Shown: one piece after another, positions 1-7,891 of the stretch
Numbering within the stretch: the stretch's first letter is position 1
Layout: every line of letters starts with the position of its first letter
Source of the DNA: Methylorubrum extorquens
GTDB taxonomy: Bacteria; Pseudomonadota; Alphaproteobacteria; Rhizobiales; Beijerinckiaceae
DNA: 32,000 nucleotides
NCBI GenBank assembly: GCA_900234795.1
Contig: LT962688.1
Coordinates: forward strand, 2,520,001-2,552,000
Direction of reading: 5' to 3'
Program-made: the position numbers and the translations under genes
The notes under the pieces: generated by a model
Told to the model about the DNA's origin: nothing
What the model saw: the letters and a program-made list of their open reading frames with translations, nothing else
The model's database searches: none

Positions 1-1734
1 GCGCACCGCCGCGCTGACGCTGCCCGCATCGGCATGGGGCAGTGGACAGTAACGCCCCTGCGCCGCCTCGGCGAGGCCGCGCGCCCCGTCGGGCCGGGCG
101 CCGGTGTCGATCACGAGGATGGGCAGCGCCTGCACCCGCAGCACGCGGGCGGCGGCCAAAGCCTCCTCGCCGGCCAGCGCCCGGCCGCCGAGGCCGGAGC
201 GGGCGACGTTGGCGCGCCCGTCGGTGAGCAGGACAATGACGGGGCTTCCGCCCGCGCGACGGATGCCGAGGGCCAGGGCGGCGGCGGTGTCGAGCCCGGC
301 GGCGAGTGGCGTGCCGCCTCCGCCGGGGAGGCCCGCGAGCACGCGCTTGGCTCTGACCAGGGAGCGCGTCGGCGGCAGCACCGTCTCGGCCCGCGCGCCG
401 CGGAAGGCGACGAGGGCGATGCGGTCGCGCCGGACGTAAGCCTCGGCGAGAAGCAGTTCGACGGCGCCCTTCGCCTCCGCCAGCCGTTCGAGCGCCGCCG
501 AGCCGGAGGCATCGACGCAGAAGATCGTCGTCGTCTCGCTGCGCCGCTTCAACCGGCGAATCCGGAAATCCTCCGGGGTGACGCAGACACGGCGCGGATC
601 GGCTTCGCCCCGGCGCAGGCGCTGCCACGGGGCAGCGGCGCGCAGGGTCGCGATCAGGTCGAGCCGGCCCCGGCGCGGATCGCCGGGACGGCTGCCGACC
701 GGGCGGCCCGCGAGCGGCGAGGCGGAGGCCACCCCCATCCGTCCGGCCGCGCCGGCGCGCAGCGGCGGGCCGCCGGCCAGGAACCGGGCGAGCAAGTCCT
801 TCGGGAGGGCGGCACGGACCGCGTCGAGCACCGTCTCGTCGGCTTCTCTCGGCGTGGCATCCGCCCGCTCGGCTGCGTCCTCGGGGGGGCGATCGGCGTC
901 CTGTGGGGGCTGCGGCTCCGGCGGCGGCGGGTCCGCCGGTTCCGGCTCGGCCGGTTGCGGCGGCGCGGGAAGACGCGTCGCCCGCGGCGCCAGGACGAGG
1001 TGGGCGGCTTCGATCAGGTCGGCCTCGTTCGGTTCGTCGCGCCCGGCCTCCCCTGCGATGAGCCGTCCAATCCGCAGGGCGAGAAGCGGCGCCCGCAGCG
1101 AGGCGATGCCGAAGGCCTCAGCGACGGCGCAGAGGGTGGCGGTCGCGTCGGGCGCGGGTGGGCCTGCCGCTGCGTCCGCTCCGCGAGCGGTATGCGAAGG
1201 GGCGGCTCTCACGTCCCGCAGGCTCACGCCGGACAGGTCGAGGCGGAGTGCCAATCGGTCGGCCAGCGCCTCCGCGACAGTCTCGTCCTCCTGCCCCTCG
1301 TCGAGCAGCACGAGGCCGAAGCGGGCCGGGAGCCGTGCGGCGAGGCCATCACGTTCCAGCACCAGCATGCCGGTGTCGAGGGCGCCCGCGAGCCGGGCCA
1401 CGGTGCCGCGCTCCAGGCGTTCAGCCATCGGCACCACGACGACACCGCCATCGGCCTCCGCCAGCAGGCCGCGCTGGATCACCGGACGGCCGGCCCGCAG
1501 GGTGGCGGGCAAATCGAGCCCACCGATCAGACGGTCGTCGGCGATGCCCGGCGGCATCCGCCGCACCGGGCCCGTCAGCCTGTCGCGGAGATGATCGAGC
1601 CAGAGATCGCGCACCGGACCGGCCCCGGCGCGCAGCACGATCCCGCCGAGACCGTGCGGGTCGGCGGCGAATAGGTTGGCGGCACGCAGCGCATCGTTCC
1701 AGACCCCAGCCGGATCGTCGGGCTCCGGGGCCAT
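1..1734 (-). CDS. bchD: Magnesium chelatase subunit D (BchD); 3' end runs off the left edge of the window
   Basis: Absent from the ORF track because it has no stop codon in the window. My reverse-strand translation from ATG (1734-1732) reads MAPEPDDPAGVWNDALRAANLFAADPHGLGGIVLRAGAGPVRDLWLDHLRDRL...MAERLERGTVARLAGALD... This gives a degenerate AAA+ N-domain, a Pro/Glu-rich linker (PAPPQPAEPEPADPPPPEPQPPQD) and a C-terminal vWA domain with MIDAS DASGS (TTIFCVDASGSAALERL...VIVLLTDGRANV). 578 codons are open to position 1. Confidence 0.85.
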   Translation of the reverse strand, partial: MAPEPDDPAGVWNDALRAANLFAADPHGLGGIVLRAGAGPVRDLWLDHLRDRLTGPVRRMPPGIADDRLIGGLDLPATLRAGRPVIQRGLLAEADGGVVVVPMAERLERGTVARLAGALDTGMLVLERDGLAARLPARFGLVLLDEGQEDETVAEALADRLALRLDLSGVSLRDVRAAPSHTARGADAAAGPPAPDATATLCAVAEAFGIASLRAPLLALRIGRLIAGEAGRDEPNEADLIEAAHLVLAPRATRLPAPPQPAEPEPADPPPPEPQPPQDADRPPEDAAERADATPREADETVLDAVRAALPKDLLARFLAGGPPLRAGAAGRMGVASASPLAGRPVGSRPGDPRRGRLDLIATLRAAAPWQRLRRGEADPRRVCVTPEDFRIRRLKRRSETTTIFCVDASGSAALERLAEAKGAVELLLAEAYVRRDRIALVAFRGARAETVLPPTRSLVRAKRVLAGLPGGGGTPLAAGLDTAAALALGIRRAGGSPVIVLLTDGRANVARSGLGGRALAGEEALAAARVLRVQALPILVIDTGARPDGARGLAEAAQGRYCPLPHADAGSVSAAVR

Positions 1735-1739
1735 CACGG

Positions 1740-2255
1740 TTAGCGCTTGAACATCGGGTGCTCGACCCGGTCGCCCGCGCGGATGCCGAGCTTGGCGGCG
1801 GTGCCGGCGTTGAGTTCGAGCACCGCGAGAACCGGCTCGCCCGACGGGATCACCTTGGTCGAGAGCGGCTCGGTATCCGGCGCGATCCGGGCGATCGAGC
1901 CGTCGGAGCGGATGAACACCATGTCGAGCGAGAGATAGGTGTTCTTCATCCACATCGTGGCCGGCGCCGGCCGCTCGAAGTCGAACAGCATGCCGTGGTC
2001 GGCGGCCATGGAGCGGCGGTACATCAGCCCCTTGGCGCGCTGCGCGTCGGTGCGCATCACCTCGACCTGGAAGGCATGGCGGCCGTTCTTGGCGACGATG
2101 CCGAGCGGCTCGGTCGCGGCCTGGGCGGCGGGCGCTGCCTCCTGCGCGCGGAGCGGAAGCGCCGGCAAGGCCGACAGCGCGACGAGGCAGGCGGCGAGGC
2201 GCAAGAAGTTTGTTGCGAAGGGAAGCAGCTTTGTCGCGGAGGGAGACACGGGCAC
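1740..2255 (-). CDS. DUF192 domain-containing secreted protein
   Basis: C-terminal part of ORF 1740..2474. It has a signal-peptide-like N-terminus (KLLPFATNFLRLAACLVALSALPALPLRAQ) and the DUF192 core (GLMYRRSMAADHGMLFDF...MWMKNTYLSLDMVFI). The ORF-track start overlaps the upstream csp gene. In-frame GTG candidates lie at 2264, 2255 and 2249, so the exact start is uncertain. Confidence 0.75.
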   Translation of the reverse strand: MPVSPSATKLLPFATNFLRLAACLVALSALPALPLRAQEAAPAAQAATEPLGIVAKNGRHAFQVEVMRTDAQRAKGLMYRRSMAADHGMLFDFERPAPATMWMKNTYLSLDMVFIRSDGSIARIAPDTEPLSTKVIPSGEPVLAVLELNAGTAAKLGIRAGDRVEHPMFKR

Positions 2256-2266
2256 GCGGATCACCG

Positions 2267-2875
2267 TCAATGGGAAGCCGGAAGCGCCCCGTCGACGAGG
2301 CGGACTTCCGCCGCCATAGCACCCTTCGAGCCGTCGCCGTAGCGCACCATCACCTCCTCGCCGGGCTTCAGCTCGGCGATGCCGTAGCGGCGCAGGGTCT
2401 CCATGTGGACGAAGATGTCCGGCGTGTCGTCGCCGCGGCTGAGGAAGCCGAAGCCGCGTAGGCGGTTGAACCACTTCACCACCGCGCGCTCCAGCCCGCT
2501 CGTCGGCGTGACGACTTCGTGGGTGCGCGCCATCGGCAGTTCGGAGGGGTGGAGCGCGGTGGACTGATCGAGCGAGAGCACCCGGAAGGCCTGCCAGCCG
2601 CGGGCGCGCTGCACCGCCTCGACCACGATCCGCGCGCCTTCGCTCGCGGCCTGGTGCCCGTCCCGGCGCAGGCAGGTGATGTGCAGCAGCACGTCCGCCG
2701 AGCCGTCATCCGGCACAATGAAGCCGAAGCCCTTCGAGACGTCGAACCACTTGATGCGCCCAGCGACCTCCAAGAGTTCGGCCGGACGTTCCTCCTCGGT
2801 CTCCCGCTCCATCGCGCGGTCTCGCGTCTCCGGCATACGAAGCCCGACGGCACTCAGTTCGTGTTCGTTCGACAT
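2267..2875 (-). CDS. Cold-shock protein with two tandem cold-shock domains
   Basis: ORF 2267..2875 with an ATG start at 2875. There are two CSD units with RNP1-like motifs: GRIKWFDVSKGFGFIVPDDG and AVVKWFNRLRGFGFLSRGDD. An acidic N-terminal extension of about 40 aa precedes them. Confidence 0.85.
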   Translation of the reverse strand: MSNEHELSAVGLRMPETRDRAMERETEEERPAELLEVAGRIKWFDVSKGFGFIVPDDGSADVLLHITCLRRDGHQAASEGARIVVEAVQRARGWQAFRVLSLDQSTALHPSELPMARTHEVVTPTSGLERAVVKWFNRLRGFGFLSRGDDTPDIFVHMETLRRYGIAELKPGEEVMVRYGDGSKGAMAAEVRLVDGALPASH

Positions 2876-3154
2876 GTAAGCAACCCGTGCCGAATCGCGC
2901 GGCGCAATCCCGGAGCTACGTTAACAAAGTCACATTACGCGGAAAGCCCGTTTGGTCGGCAACGGGACACTTCAAATGATCATTTTTCAGAAGCATGGCG
3001 ACAATGTCGCATCTCGCATGCGCCGGGTTGCCCGTCCCCTCAATTGATTTGAAGGCCGTTCCGCGACGCGAGAGCGTGGCCGGACAACGGGTTAGGATCA
3101 TCCGTACCGATTTCAGTGCCTTTTTGGTCTCATGCCGGGCTGATTCGATTGGCC

Positions 3155-3194
3155 GCAACTCCGCCTGGACGACCGGTCGTCCAGGCGGAGTTGC
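3155..3194. repeat. Perfect 40-bp palindrome (GCAACTCCGCCTGGACGACC|GGTCGTCCAGGCGGAGTTGC) in the divergent csp / DUF1624 intergenic region
   Basis: Read directly from the sequence. The two 20-nt halves are exact reverse complements. It ends 45 bp upstream of the DUF1624 ATG at 3239. Confidence 0.9.
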
Positions 3195-3238
3195 GCCTGC
3201 CCTTCGCCTCGACCGGGGAACGGTGATAGGGCGCGGCC

Positions 3239-4226
3239 ATGCCTGCCTCCCCCGCGCCCACGCCCCCCCGTTCGAGCCGGCGGATCGATGCCCTCGACCT
3301 CGCCCGCGGCGCGGCGCTCGCGGCGATGGCGGCCTATCATGGGCTGTGGGATCTCGGATTCCTGCAGCTCACGCCGCAGAACTTCGCGCTGACCCCGCCG
3401 GGGCGGCTGGCGGCCCACGGCATCGCCGGGGCGTTCCTGCTGCTGGTGGGCGTCGGCCTCGTTCTCGCCAATGGCGACGGCGTGCGCTGGCGGCCCTTCG
3501 CCCTGCGGCTCGCGCGGATCGGCGGGGCGGCGCTCCTCATCACCCTGGCGACGCGGCTCGCGTTTCCGCAGAGCTACATCTTCTTCGGCATCCTGCACTG
3601 CATCGCCGTCTCGAGCGTGCTCGGCTTACCCTTCGTGTTCCTGCCGGCCCCGGTGACGGCGCTCGCGGCCGCCGTCGTGCTGGCGGCGCCACACGTCGTG
3701 GCCCATCCGCTGTTCGATGCGCCGGAGCTGTACTTCCTCGGCCTCGGCCGGGAGCTGCCGGACACTAACGATTGGGTGCCGCTGTTTCCCCTGGTTCGGG
3801 ATGGTGCTGGCCGGGATTGCGCTCGCGCGGATCGCACGGCCGGCTTTGGCCGGGTCGTGGCTCACCCGCTGGCGGGCCCGGAACGCCGTGGCGCGCGGGG
3901 CAGCCTTTGCCGGGCGGCACAGCCTCGCCGTCTATCTCGTTCACCAGCCGGCTTTGCTCGCCCTGTTCACCGGCCTCGTCACGCTGACCGGGCCGCATCC
4001 GAAGGCCGGGCTCGCGAGCTTCCGCAAGGATTACGTGGGCAATTGCACCCGCTCCGGCGGCGAGCCGCAGGCCTGCCGGATCGCCGCCCGCTGTACGGCC
4101 GATGCCCTGCGGCGGGAGGGGCTCTGGGGCTCGGGAAAGCCCTATTCCGCGGAGGAGCGGGCCAGGGCGCAGGGACTGTCGCAGCTTTGCTACGACGCCG
4201 CGGAAGGCACCGCGGCCCCGCCGTGA
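3239..4226 (+). pseudogene. DUF1624 (heparan-alpha-glucosaminide N-acetyltransferase-like) membrane protein, interrupted by an apparent +1 frameshift at the CCCC run 3788-3791
   Basis: The N-terminal part is in the frame of ORF 3239..4270 and is plausible only up to ...GRELPDTNDWVPLFP. The C-terminal part is in the frame of ORF 3717..4226 from ...PWFGMVLAGIALARIA...HSLAVYLVHQPALLALF... Removing one C from cccc (3788-3791) gives a continuous DWVPLFPWFGMVLAG. Confidence 0.75.
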
Positions 4227-4259
4227 GCGGATCTATCGATCGGAAACCCCAAGCCTCTC

Positions 4260-4370
4260 CCTCATCCTGAGGTGCCGGCGCGAAGCGGAGGCCTCGAAGG
4301 GTGTTCCAGAAGCCGCGCGGGATCTGGAGCACCCTTCGAGGCCCGCTATCGCGGGCACCTCAGGATGAGG
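4260..4370. repeat. Nested imperfect palindromic intergenic repeat element (REP/MITE-like), probably a bidirectional terminator between convergent genes
   Basis: The outer arms CCTCATCCTGAGGTGCC (4260-4276) and GGCACCTCAGGATGAGG (4354-4370) are exact reverse complements. The inner arms GCCTCGAAGGGTG (4291-4303) and CACCCTTCGAGGC (4330-4342) are also exact. A central TCCAGA/TCTGGA pair is present. The element lies between the DUF1624 stop (4226) and the efp stop (4403). Confidence 0.85.
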
Positions 4371-4402
4371 AGTGGATGGGGGAGCCGCCGACCGAGAGAA
4401 AA

Positions 4403-4970
4403 TCAGTCCTTGGCGCGCTCCACGTAGGAGCCGTCGGCCGTCATGATGACGACGCGGGTGCCGGTGCTGACATGCGGCGGCACCGAGGTCTTCACACCGT
4501 TCGAGAGCAGCGCCGGCTTGTAGGACGAGGAGGCGGTCTGGCCCTTGGTGACCGGCTCGGTCTCGACGATCTCGAAGGTCATGCGCTGCGGCAGCTCGAT
4601 GGTCAGCGGCACGCCGTTATGGGTCGAGAGGGGTCACGGTCATGCCCTCCTGCAGGTATGGAGCGGCGTCGCCGACCACGTCCGCGGGGACGGCGATCTG
4701 CTCGTAGCTCTCGGGGTTCATGAAGTGATACCCCTCGCCGTCCTGGTACAGGAAGGTGTGGTCGCGATCCTCAACGAAGGCGCGCTCGACCTGCTCGGTG
4801 GTGCGGTAGCGCTCGGAGATCTTCACGCCGTCGGTGATGCGGCGCATATCGAGCTGCGTCACCGGAGTGCCCTTGCCGGGGTGGATGTTCTCCGCCGTCA
4901 GGATGACGTAGAGCTTGCCGTCCTTATCGACGACGTTGCCCTTACGAAGGGTACTGGCGATCACTTTCAC
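4403..4970 (-). pseudogene. efp: Elongation factor P, split by an apparent +1 frameshift at the GGGG run 4630-4633 (CCCC on the coding strand)
   Basis: ORF 4617..4970 (GTG start) reads [44 protein letters not shown]...YLQEGMTVT, then goes out of frame. ORF 4403..4612 reads (V)[47 protein letters not shown]...GSYVERAKD. Deleting one C from gtgacccctctcg restores ...[20 protein letters not shown]..., a normal EF-P of about 188 aa. Confidence 0.9.
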
Positions 4971-5093
4971 GAGCGTGGACCTTGGCTTGACGAGAACGGC
5001 GGCTCTTCACCGGCGTCTCGGCCGGATGAGCGGAATCATCCGCGAGGCCCTACCCTATCCGCGGCTCGGTTGCCAGCCGGAGGCTGTTTTCGC

Positions 5094-6152
5094 GTGAGTC
5101 ACGAGTCTTCGCCCTGGTGGCATCCCGGCCTCCATGCGGATCGCCGGCCGCTGCTGCTCACCCGCAACCGCATCCTCGCGGGTTTTCGCGCGTGGTTTGC
5201 CGAGCGCGATTTCGTCGAGGTCGAAGCCGCCGCGCTGCAGGTCTCTCCCGGCAACGAGGCGCATCTCTCGGCCTTCGCCACGGAGGCGATTCTGCCCGAT
5301 GGCGGCCGCGAGCCGCTCTACCTCCACACCTCGCCGGAATTCGCCTGCAAGAAGCTGCTGGCGGCGGGTGAGCCGCGCCTGTTCAGCCTCGCCCACGTCT
5401 TCCGCAACCGCGAGCGCGGCGCGCTGCACCATCCCGAATTCACGATGCTCGAATGGTATCGGGCGGGCGAGAGCTACGACGCGCTGATGCAGGACGGCGC
5501 CGCGCTTCTCGCGCTCGCTGCCGAGACGGCGGGCGTGCGACGCCTGACCTTTCGCGGGCGCGAGGCCGATCCGTTCGCACCCTTCGAGCGGCTGACCCTG
5601 GCGGAGGCCTTCCAGCGTTACGCGGCCATCGACCTCCTCGCCACGGTCTCGCCCGATGGCGGCAGCGACCGGGATACACTGGCCGATGCGGTGATGACCC
5701 GCGGCCTGCGGGTCGCCCCGGACGACACCTGGGCCGACCTGTTCAGCCGCGTCCTCGTCGGGCTGATCGAGCCGCATCTCGGCCAGGGGCGTCCGACCAT
5801 CCTGTGCGAGTACCCGGTGAGCGAGGCGGCGCTCGCCCGGCCGAGCCCGCGCGACCCGCGCGTCGCCGAACGCTTCGAGCTCTATGCCTGCGGCGTCGAA
5901 CTCGCGAACGCCTTCGGCGAACTCACCGATCCGGCCGAGCAGCGCCGCCGCTTCGAGGCGGAGATGGCGGAGAAGGCCCGCGTCTACGGCGAGCGCTACC
6001 CCATCGACGACGAGTTCCTGGACGCGCTGGCGATCATGCCCGAGGCGAGCGGCATCGCGCTCGGGTTCGACCGGCTGGTGATGCTCGCCACCGGCGCACC
6101 CCGCATCGACGACGTGATCTGGACACCGGTCCCCCGGAACCGGTCGCGGTGA
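5094..6152 (+). CDS. epmA: EF-P--(R)-beta-lysine ligase (EpmA/PoxA/GenX; class II LysRS paralogue)
   Basis: This is the 3' part of ORF 4545..6152. GTG at 5094 gives VSHESSPWWHPGLHADRRPLLLTRNRILAGFRAWFAERDFVEVEAAALQVSPGNEAHL...FRNRERGALHHPEFTMLEWY...ELANAFGELTDP...GIALGFDRLVML, which carries class II aaRS motifs. The upstream part of the track ORF is antisense to efp. Confidence 0.85.
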   Translation: MSHESSPWWHPGLHADRRPLLLTRNRILAGFRAWFAERDFVEVEAAALQVSPGNEAHLSAFATEAILPDGGREPLYLHTSPEFACKKLLAAGEPRLFSLAHVFRNRERGALHHPEFTMLEWYRAGESYDALMQDGAALLALAAETAGVRRLTFRGREADPFAPFERLTLAEAFQRYAAIDLLATVSPDGGSDRDTLADAVMTRGLRVAPDDTWADLFSRVLVGLIEPHLGQGRPTILCEYPVSEAALARPSPRDPRVAERFELYACGVELANAFGELTDPAEQRRRFEAEMAEKARVYGERYPIDDEFLDALAIMPEASGIALGFDRLVMLATGAPRIDDVIWTPVPRNRSR

Positions 6153-7210
6153 GCTTCGCCCTGAAGAGTGCCACCGCGCTGGCCCGCGCCGGGCTGGTCG
6201 ACGCACAAGCCCTCCCCGCCCTGGAGCGGGTCGCGGCGCGCTACGCCGTCTCGGTGACCACCGACATGGCCGAGCTGATCGACGCCAGCGATCCCGCCGA
6301 CCCGATCGCCCGACAGTTCATTCCCCGCGCGGAAGAAACTGAGACGCGTCCGGAAGAGCGCGCCGACCCGATCGGCGACGACGCGCATGAGGCGGTGCCC
6401 GGCATCGTCCACCGCTATCCCGACCGGGTGCTTCTGAAGCCGCTGCACATCTGCCCGGTCTATTGCCGCTTCTGCTTCCGCCGCGAGCGCGTCGGGCCGG
6501 CCGGCCAGGGTTCGCTCAGCGAGGCGGAGTTGGCGGGTGCCTACCGCTACATCGCCGCGCATCCGGAGATCTGGGAGGTGGTGGTGACCGGGGGCGACCC
6601 CTTCGCCCTCTCGCCCCGGCGGCTCGCGGCGATCACTGAGGCGCTCGGCGCGATCCCGCATGTGCGGGTGCTGCGCTTCCACACCCGCGTGCCAGTGGTC
6701 GAGCCTGCCCGCGTCGACGCGGCCCTGGTCGCCGCCCTCAAGGGTTTCTCCGGCGCGGTGTTCGTGGCGCTCCACGCCAACCATCCGCGCGAATTCACGC
6801 CGGCCGCGCGCGGTGCCATCGCCCGGCTGGTCGATGCCGGCATCCCGATGGTGAGCCAGAGCGTGCTCTTGCGCGGTGTCAACGACGATGCGGAAACGCT
6901 CGAAGCCTTGATGCGGCGGTTCGTCGAGAACCGGATCAAGCCCTACTACCTCCACCACGGCGACCTCGCGCCGGGCACCGGCCATCTGCGCACGGAGCTG
7001 CCGGAGGGGCAGGCGCTGATGCGAACCTTGCGCGGTCGCCTCTCGGGTCTCGCCCAGCCGCTCTACGTGCTCGACATTCCCGGCGGCCACGGCAAAGTGC
7101 CGGTGGGGCCGGGCTATCTTGACGCGGCGGGCGAGTCCTGGCGGGTAACCGATCCGAGCGGGGCCGTTCACGCCTATCCCCCCGAGAGCGACGACGAGGA
7201 CCGAGGATGA
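6149..7210 (+). CDS. epmB: Lysine 2,3-aminomutase-like radical SAM protein (EpmB/YjeK type)
   Basis: This is the 3' part of ORF 5453..7210. GTG at 6149 overlaps the epmA stop (GTGA, 6149-6152). It contains the radical-SAM CPVYCRFCFRR motif, then VVVTGGDPFAL...VLRFHTRVPVV...NHPREFT...QSVLLRGVND...PYYLHHGD. Confidence 0.85.
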   Translation: MSFALKSATALARAGLVDAQALPALERVAARYAVSVTTDMAELIDASDPADPIARQFIPRAEETETRPEERADPIGDDAHEAVPGIVHRYPDRVLLKPLHICPVYCRFCFRRERVGPAGQGSLSEAELAGAYRYIAAHPEIWEVVVTGGDPFALSPRRLAAITEALGAIPHVRVLRFHTRVPVVEPARVDAALVAALKGFSGAVFVALHANHPREFTPAARGAIARLVDAGIPMVSQSVLLRGVNDDAETLEALMRRFVENRIKPYYLHHGDLAPGTGHLRTELPEGQALMRTLRGRLSGLAQPLYVLDIPGGHGKVPVGPGYLDAAGESWRVTDPSGAVHAYPPESDDEDRG

Positions 7211-7830
7211 CGCTGAAGCTGTGGGGGCGGGCCAGCTCCGGAAACGTGCAGAAGGCGCTCTGGGCGCTCGACGAACTCGGTCTGGCCTACGAACATATCG
7301 AGGCGGGCGGCGCGCATGGCATCGTCAATGATGCCCGCTACCGCGCGATGAATCCCAACGGCCTCGTGCCGACGCTGGAAGAGGACGGCTTTGTCCTCTG
7401 GGAGTCGAACGCGATCCTGCGCTACCTTGCTTATGCCCATGGCGGCCCGCTGGCCCTGCCGGAGGCGCCGCGCGCCCGCGCGCTCATCGACCAGTGGCTC
7501 GATTGGCAGGCCACCACCTTCACTCCGGCGATGCGCGACGCCTTTCTCCAACTTGTGCGCGTCGCCCCCGACAAGCGGGACGCGGGGGTGATCGAGGCGT
7601 CGCGGGCGGCTTCCGAGCGCTGTGCCGCCCTGCTCGATCAGCATCTGGCGGACACGGCCCACGTGGCGGGCGAGCACTTCTCCATCGCCGACATCGCCGT
7701 GGGGCTCGCGGCGAATCGCTGGTTCCAGCTGCCGCTGGAGCGGGAGGAGCGCCCGAACATCCGCCGCTGGCTGGGCACGCTGGCGCAACGGCCCGCCGCC
7801 TCGGCCGTTCTGTCGCTGCCGCTCACCTGA
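7207..7830 (+). CDS. Glutathione S-transferase, GstB-like
   Basis: ORF 7207..7830. It reads MTLKLWGRASSGNVQKALWALDELGLAYEHIEAGG...YRAMNPNGLVPTLEEDGFVLWESNAILRYLA, which recalls E. coli GstB. Its ATG overlaps the epmB stop (ATGA, 7207-7210). Confidence 0.8.
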   Translation: MTLKLWGRASSGNVQKALWALDELGLAYEHIEAGGAHGIVNDARYRAMNPNGLVPTLEEDGFVLWESNAILRYLAYAHGGPLALPEAPRARALIDQWLDWQATTFTPAMRDAFLQLVRVAPDKRDAGVIEASRAASERCAALLDQHLADTAHVAGEHFSIADIAVGLAANRWFQLPLEREERPNIRRWLGTLAQRPAASAVLSLPLT

Positions 7831-7891
7831 TTTTCCCGGTGAAGCTCAGCCCGTGACGGATGCCGTGTCGAACCCCGGACGAAAGAAGACG

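Noticed and set aside
34-1674. A 546-aa plus-strand ORF, and overlapping ORFs 578..1594 and 1158..2342
   Set aside because: They are antisense or off-frame to bchD. Their translations are Arg/Ala/Gly/Pro-rich strings with no domain logic, typical of stop-poor frames in very GC-rich DNA. The minus strand gives a clean BchD.
2916-3158. An 80-aa minus-strand ORF (TTG start) in the csp / DUF1624 intergenic region
   Set aside because: Many of its codons end in A/T, unlike the real genes here, which look strongly GC3-biased. It has no recognisable motif. The region is more likely the csp promoter and long 5' UTR.
4545-5093. An N-terminal 183-aa extension of the epmA ORF
   Set aside because: It lies antisense to efp and crosses the intergenic region. 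EpmA homology begins at VSHESSPWW (GTG 5094).
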